This document shows positions 59,582 to 64,000 of a stretch of DNA of 64,000 bases, one piece after another; the stretch's first letter is position 1; the number at the start of each line of letters is the position of its first letter. The notes under the pieces were generated by a model. The model did not search any database and was not told the DNA's origin. It saw only the letters and a list, made by a program, of their open reading frames with translations. This DNA is from a virus. Its lineage: Duplodnaviria > Caudoviricetes. The stretch covers positions 96,001-160,000 of the IMG/VR virus record IMGVR_UViG_3300032167_000004, one strand, 5' to 3'. The position numbers were made by a program, and so were the translations under genes.

Positions 59582-60736
59582 TTAAGTGTTAAAGTACATT
59601 ATAGACATAACAAAGAATGTATACATAGCTTTTCTAAAACTATTAATGGTTGCTAATCTTTGAGTCTTTTTATATATACCTAACTCATCTAACCAACCAT
59701 CTAATACTTTCTTTATCTTAATAATGTTTTCATCTGTAGTATTACTTCTTTTATATATATCTAAGCAATAAATTAAAAATTTATCACTATTAATTTCTTC
59801 TGCTTTATTTTGACTATTGAAAAGATATAAGAATAAAATAGATTCTACAACTACTTTAATATCATCTTTATGAGTATCATTAACCATAGAAGTGATTTGA
59901 TTTCTTAATTCATTTACTGAAACCTGATTAGATTTAGCTGCAGCATTAATTAATTTAATCGGAGGCCCTTCAATGATTAACTTTAATGTAACATTTTCTG
60001 TCAATCTATTAACTAAATAAGTTGAAGAATCTGCTTCTCTAAATTGATCTTCTTCATTAATCTCTAATTCAGTATTAAGATAATTGCCTTCTTTATGATT
60101 CTTATAAAATTCAATAGCAATCTTCTTAATCATATTATTGAATCTTGTTTTAACAGCTAAGATAAATTGGACTATATCTTTATCCAGTCCTTTTACAATA
60201 CCATCTTTATGAAGTTTATATGCACCATCACAAGTTTCAGATATAGTAACCATAAGATTTCCTGTTTTCTTTAATTTGAATCTCTTAGATAAATTATTGA
60301 TAGTGTAGTTCATAATATTTTCATTAGGCTCAAATTTAAAATATTTACTATATATAGAAGGATACATAGATAATCCTAAATATAAAATACTTAAATTGGT
60401 CATTTTTTCATTTTTAGTTATAGTAAAATATCTAATAACCATAGCCATTAAAGTATTAAAAGGGATATTTAAAATCTGACCTGAAGATTTAATATCTTCA
60501 GATTTATTTTTAATAGCTTTTACTTCAGCAGGTGTGACCTCAGCAATATTAAATACTGGAAGAGTTTCCCTTTCAGTAAATAATACCATTTTAGTAGGTC
60601 CTATAGCACTTAATACTTCACCATTTTTATCAATATAATTGGAAATAAGTTGTTCATACTTCTTTAAATTCTCTTTATTAGAAAATCCTTTTTCAACTTT
60701 AGGATATAACTCTGTAACTAATACATTGGTCGCCAA
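59582..60736 (-). CDS. Jumbo-phage helical protein of unknown function
   Basis: 384-aa ORF, TTG start with AGGTGGTG RBS, apparently co-transcribed with RNAP fragment. Confidence 0.7.
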   Translation of the reverse strand: MATNVLVTELYPKVEKGFSNKENLKKYEQLISNYIDKNGEVLSAIGPTKMVLFTERETLPVFNIAEVTPAEVKAIKNKSEDIKSSGQILNIPFNTLMAMVIRYFTITKNEKMTNLSILYLGLSMYPSIYSKYFKFEPNENIMNYTINNLSKRFKLKKTGNLMVTISETCDGAYKLHKDGIVKGLDKDIVQFILAVKTRFNNMIKKIAIEFYKNHKEGNYLNTELEINEEDQFREADSSTYLVNRLTENVTLKLIIEGPPIKLINAAAKSNQVSVNELRNQITSMVNDTHKDDIKVVVESILFLYLFNSQNKAEEINSDKFLIYCLDIYKRSNTTDENIIKIKKVLDGWLDELGIYKKTQRLATINSFRKAMYTFFVMSIMYFNT

Positions 60737-60761
60737 TTTATTTCACCACCTATATTATTAT

Positions 60762-60808
60762 TACAAATATGTTTTTACAGTAATAAAATCATGAAAAACA
60801 TTTTTATA
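60762..60808. promoter_or_regulatory. Divergent pair of AACA-N6-TA late promoters
   Basis: Minus AACATATTTGTA (60762-60773) and plus AACATTTTTATA (60797-60808). Confidence 0.65.
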
Positions 60809-60837
60809 ATATATTTTACTGAAAGGATGATTCCTTT

Positions 60838-62088
60838 ATGAGTTTATTACTTGAGTATTGCCAAGATTTAAATATATTAACTGAAGCTTTTTATGGTAAA
60901 CCTAAAGAGTTTATTGAAATTGAAAAAAGATTAGATAAAATTATTAATATGATTAAATTACAAAAAGAAAATCCCTCGATGGCTGTAGATATTAACAAAA
61001 TGAAAGAATTAGAGGAAATTGAAAATATTTTCACTAAATTCTTTAAAAATTATAAAACCTCTATTACATTTTATGCACCTATTATATCTCCTACTTATAA
61101 TGCATTTACATTTCCATCCACATTATCATATTTTAAAAAAGATCCAAATAATAAAAGAATTGCTAGTGTGGATGATCTATTTATAAATGTCAATGTTGAT
61201 ATGGGTCTTGTATATGCTTTAGATATGGATGCTAAGGAATTAATGGCTGTTATATTACATGAAATTGGACATTGCTTTGATGCCTCATTATTTATGTTGT
61301 TATCTAAGATTCAAATCATCGGCTCTATTAATTATGATCTCAATACAATGCATGTTAATAGTGTTAATATTAATGCTGTTAATTCTATTTATAGTACATT
61401 TATTAATTTAATTATTGGTGCATCCCCACTGTTACAGTCATTTTATCAAGAAATGAATAGATTTGTGTCTCAGAATCCTACACTTAATAAATTTTTAAGT
61501 GATATTCAAATGGTAATAGCAGATATTAGTACATTTTTGAACATAGTAAGCTTTTCATTAAAAAAGATAACTCCAGTGTTGTTGGTACAACAGTTACTAA
61601 ATCCTAGTAATGTGTTTGGTTATGCTAATGAAAAATTTGCAGATTCATTTGCAACGTCATATGGTTATGGAAAAGAAGTAGCAAGTTTTTCTTATAAAGT
61701 TCAACATAGAAAAGGTTTAACTATAAATGAAAATATTTCAAAAATTCCTTTATTAAATATCGGATACGATTTCTTAAAAGTTTCTATGCAACTTTCAACT
61801 ATAATTTTAGATCCTCATCCTCATGATGCTACAAGAATTCAGTCTCAGTTAAATAAATTAAAAAGAGATTTAAATAATCCTAATCTTGATTCTAAAGTTA
61901 AGAAAGAACTTCTTGATAATATTGTTGAGATGGAAAATTATATAGATAATATAGTATTAAATATTAATCATGAGGATAATAATGGTCGATGGATTACTTT
62001 GTTACAAAATTATATTATTATTAAAGTTTTTAAAGGTCGAATTGATCCTAGAGAATTATTTGAAGCTGTTTGGAATCATGAACTATAA
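60838..62088 (+). CDS. HExxH zinc-metallopeptidase-like protein (M48-like)
   Basis: YNAFT, ELMAVILHEIGH, EKFADSFA..YGYG, HP....RI. Confidence 0.7.
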   Translation: MSLLLEYCQDLNILTEAFYGKPKEFIEIEKRLDKIINMIKLQKENPSMAVDINKMKELEEIENIFTKFFKNYKTSITFYAPIISPTYNAFTFPSTLSYFKKDPNNKRIASVDDLFINVNVDMGLVYALDMDAKELMAVILHEIGHCFDASLFMLLSKIQIIGSINYDLNTMHVNSVNINAVNSIYSTFINLIIGASPLLQSFYQEMNRFVSQNPTLNKFLSDIQMVIADISTFLNIVSFSLKKITPVLLVQQLLNPSNVFGYANEKFADSFATSYGYGKEVASFSYKVQHRKGLTINENISKIPLLNIGYDFLKVSMQLSTIILDPHPHDATRIQSQLNKLKRDLNNPNLDSKVKKELLDNIVEMENYIDNIVLNINHEDNNGRWITLLQNYIIIKVFKGRIDPRELFEAVWNHEL

Positions 62089-62094
62089 AAATAA

Positions 62095-62126
62095 AGTGAG
62101 TATATGGCTAAAACCATATACTCACT
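62095..62126. terminator. Terminator hairpin
   Basis: AGTGAGTATATGG-CTAAAA-CCATATACTCACT. Confidence 0.7.
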
Positions 62127-62136
62127 AATAATAATC

Positions 62137-62318
62137 AAAAAAAAGATAACCGGTAAATTACCTGGTGTTTTACCGGTTATCCCCCTAGCAAACACACAAA
62201 AAAGGAAAAACTGATACCCAACAAAAAGAAAATCAACACGGAGGCTTTTATGAACAAGAAACTACAACCAATGCGTCCAAGCTCTTATCGATATTTTTAA
62301 CCAGGATTAATATCTTTT
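62137..62318 (-). ncRNA. Candidate ~180-nt small RNA
   Basis: AACA-N6-TA at 62318-62329, no evident minus-strand ORF, intrinsic terminator GATAACCGGTAAA/TTTACCGGTTATC + U8 at 62137-62181. Confidence 0.5.
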
Positions 62319-62369
62319 ACTTATTTGTTAATATATTAATAAAAAATAATTTACATTAAATGGAAAATA

Positions 62370-62390
62370 AAATATATATTATTATAGTAT
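62370..62390 (+). promoter_or_regulatory. Putative early promoter
   Basis: Identical to 6368-6388. Confidence 0.65.
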
Positions 62391-62431
62391 CATATGAGAA
62401 CGATACTCATTAAAACGGAAAGGAAAAAGAA

Positions 62432-63139
62432 ATGAAAAAGTATGAATTAACAAATGAAATTATTGAAGTCAATGGTCATATTCTTCATAGAATTATATCA
62501 TTGAAAAATTTCTTTAATGTTAAAATTGGTGATCTTGGTGGATTTGTAGAAAGTGAAAATAATCTTTGTCAAATTGATAATTCATGGATTGATAGTGAAG
62601 CATGTGTGTATGAAAATGCTAGAGTGTTCGATAATGCATATGTTTTCGATAAAGCAAAGATTTATGGTAATGCACATATTTTTGGATCTTCTATAGTTTT
62701 TGGTTATGCTACTGTACATAATAATGCTAAAGTATATAATCATGCATCTGTAGCTGGACATTCAGTAATATTTGGTGATGCTACCATTCAAGGTAGTGCT
62801 AGGGTTTTTGGTGATGCTAAAGTATTTGGTTTTGTAAATGTAACAGAAATGGCATCCGTTTTTGGAAAATGTAGTGTATCTGGACATGCAAGAATTAGAG
62901 ACATGGCTTCAGTATATGATCGTGCAATTGTTTCTGATGATGCAGAGATTATGCATAGTTCATCCGTGTATGGTAATGCTCAAGTGTATGGTAATGCTAC
63001 TATTAAAGGATGTTCTGAAATTACTGGAAATGTTAAAGTCTATGACCATGCTAGTATTGAAGGATTTACTAAAATATGTAATAATATGCATTATTGTAAT
63101 AATATGATTATTAGGGATGACAGAATAATTAATATGTGA
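62432..63139 (+). CDS. Hexapeptide-repeat (left-handed beta-helix) protein
   Basis: MKKYELT..GDLGG.VE.E.NL head then (A.V.G.)n repeats. Confidence 0.85.
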   Translation: MKKYELTNEIIEVNGHILHRIISLKNFFNVKIGDLGGFVESENNLCQIDNSWIDSEACVYENARVFDNAYVFDKAKIYGNAHIFGSSIVFGYATVHNNAKVYNHASVAGHSVIFGDATIQGSARVFGDAKVFGFVNVTEMASVFGKCSVSGHARIRDMASVYDRAIVSDDAEIMHSSSVYGNAQVYGNATIKGCSEITGNVKVYDHASIEGFTKICNNMHYCNNMIIRDDRIINM

Positions 63140-63146
63140 TTTAAAT

Positions 63147-63233
63147 AAAAAAGAAACCTTAATTGGTTTCTTTTTTTTTGTATGTTCCCGAAAAAAAATA
63201 AGAGAGTATATGGATATTTCCATATACTCTCTT
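63147..63233. terminator. Two terminators between convergent genes
   Basis: AAGAAACC-TTAATT-GGTTTCTT + T-run; AAGAGAGTATATGGA-TATT-TCCATATACTCTCTT. Confidence 0.8.
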
Positions 63234-63238
63234 TAGTA

Positions 63239-64000
63239 TTAAATTTTAATAAGTTTAACAGGAATACCAGTTTTCCCTGTACTAATCATTCTTTTACCTT
63301 TACTTAATCTAGGTAATTCTGCTAATTCCTCAGTATCAATAACTTCTACACTATTCTTACAATATAATTTAAATTTTTCATTACCTCTAATAGTCTGAAT
63401 TGTAAAGATACTATCACCATCATTCAATGTAATAATTCGCATAGGATCATTTGCTCTCTTTTTATTGACAAATGTATCAATAGGAGATTTCTTAACAACA
63501 CCATTATTAGTAATTACTAAGAGATATTTATCTTTAGGATTAATAATATCAAGACCAATGATTTCTTCACCATTATCTAAATTCATAGCTTTTACGCCAG
63601 AACTCATTCGTCCAGTTTCTCTAATTTCTTCAGAATTAAATCTAATTCCAAATCCATTATTGTTATATACTAAGATTTCAGATTCACCAAGCAATGTTTT
63701 TACACATACTAAACTATCATCATCTTTCACAATTAATCCTAATAATTCATTTCTCATATTAGTATACGCAGAGGCTAAAGTTTTCTTAATAAGACCATTC
63801 TTAGTAATCATTAAGAAATATACAGGATCTTTAATTTTTTCAATAATTTCATCTGTAGGTTTAACTTTTACAGTAACAATATTACCACTTAGATTGCTAC
63901 AGTATTCTTTCAATGAGTGACCTTCACTATTAAGAACACAACCCTGTACGTTGTATACTGATAACTTATTAATTTTACCATTATCTTCAAATAATAATAA
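63239..64000 (-). CDS. gyrA: DNA gyrase/topoisomerase II subunit A, C-terminal beta-pinwheel (partial)
   Basis: TKNGLIKK, GRMSSGVKAMNL, TNNGVVKK, PRLSKGKRMI blades; frame stays open to window edge. Confidence 0.82.
   Translation of the reverse strand, partial: LLLFEDNGKINKLSVYNVQGCVLNSEGHSLKEYCSNLSGNIVTVKVKPTDEIIEKIKDPVYFLMITKNGLIKKTLASAYTNMRNELLGLIVKDDDSLVCVKTLLGESEILVYNNNGFGIRFNSEEIRETGRMSSGVKAMNLDNGEEIIGLDIINPKDKYLLVITNNGVVKKSPIDTFVNKKRANDPMRIITLNDGDSIFTIQTIRGNEKFKLYCKNSVEVIDTEELAELPRLSKGKRMISTGKTGIPVKLIKI

Noticed and set aside
62089-62430. tRNA or tmRNA in the intergenic gap
   Set aside because: No cloverleaf, T-loop GTTCRA or CCA end recognisable.
113-63233. Many long palindromes as a CRISPR array, REP/MITE family or att sites
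   Set aside because: Sequences mostly differ, are dispersed singly at gene ends and often carry U-tracts; best explained as terminators. No repeat-spacer periodicity.
1-64000. Stop-codon reassignment (TAG/TGA) as in some gut jumbo phages
   Set aside because: Genes are full-length and densely packed under the standard code; TAG and TGA act as genuine stops.

Overview
Very AT-rich (roughly 25-30% GC by eye) segment of a jumbo phage of the phiKZ/AR9-like type, probably infecting a gut Clostridia/Firmicutes host. Left end: small hypothetical genes, dCTP deaminase, class II (B12) ribonucleotide reductase and a phage-borne polyphosphate kinase PPK1. Middle (about 8.6-57.7 kb, minus strand): a very large tail/fibre/receptor-binding module built from shuffled, duplicated cassettes (InlB-B-repeat proteins, Kelch-like propellers, XkdX-like genes, a 1788-aa repeat fibre, a 2126-aa LamG/CotH-like/LRR/CLec protein), interleaved with holin-like genes, an M15 endolysin and a papain-like protease. 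Right end: a split multisubunit RNA polymerase beta C-terminal subunit, an HExxH protein, a hexapeptide-repeat protein and the 3' part of gyrA. Read directly from the DNA: (i) a phage promoter code (AACA-N6-TA, the AR9 late consensus, in 12 intergenic sites; an identical 21-bp early-type motif before two non-structural genes), (ii) an orphan DGR target (VR, GC-rich end, GNRA hairpin; no TR/RT in the window), (iii) a promoter- and terminator-bounded ~180-nt candidate sRNA with an anti-Shine-Dalgarno/anti-AUG segment, (iv) GC-rich synonymous-codon patches exactly on conserved motifs of nrdJ and the RNAP subunit, and (v) a head-to-tail terminal motif code linking fibre subunits. All protein calls come from motif recognition by eye, not database searches.
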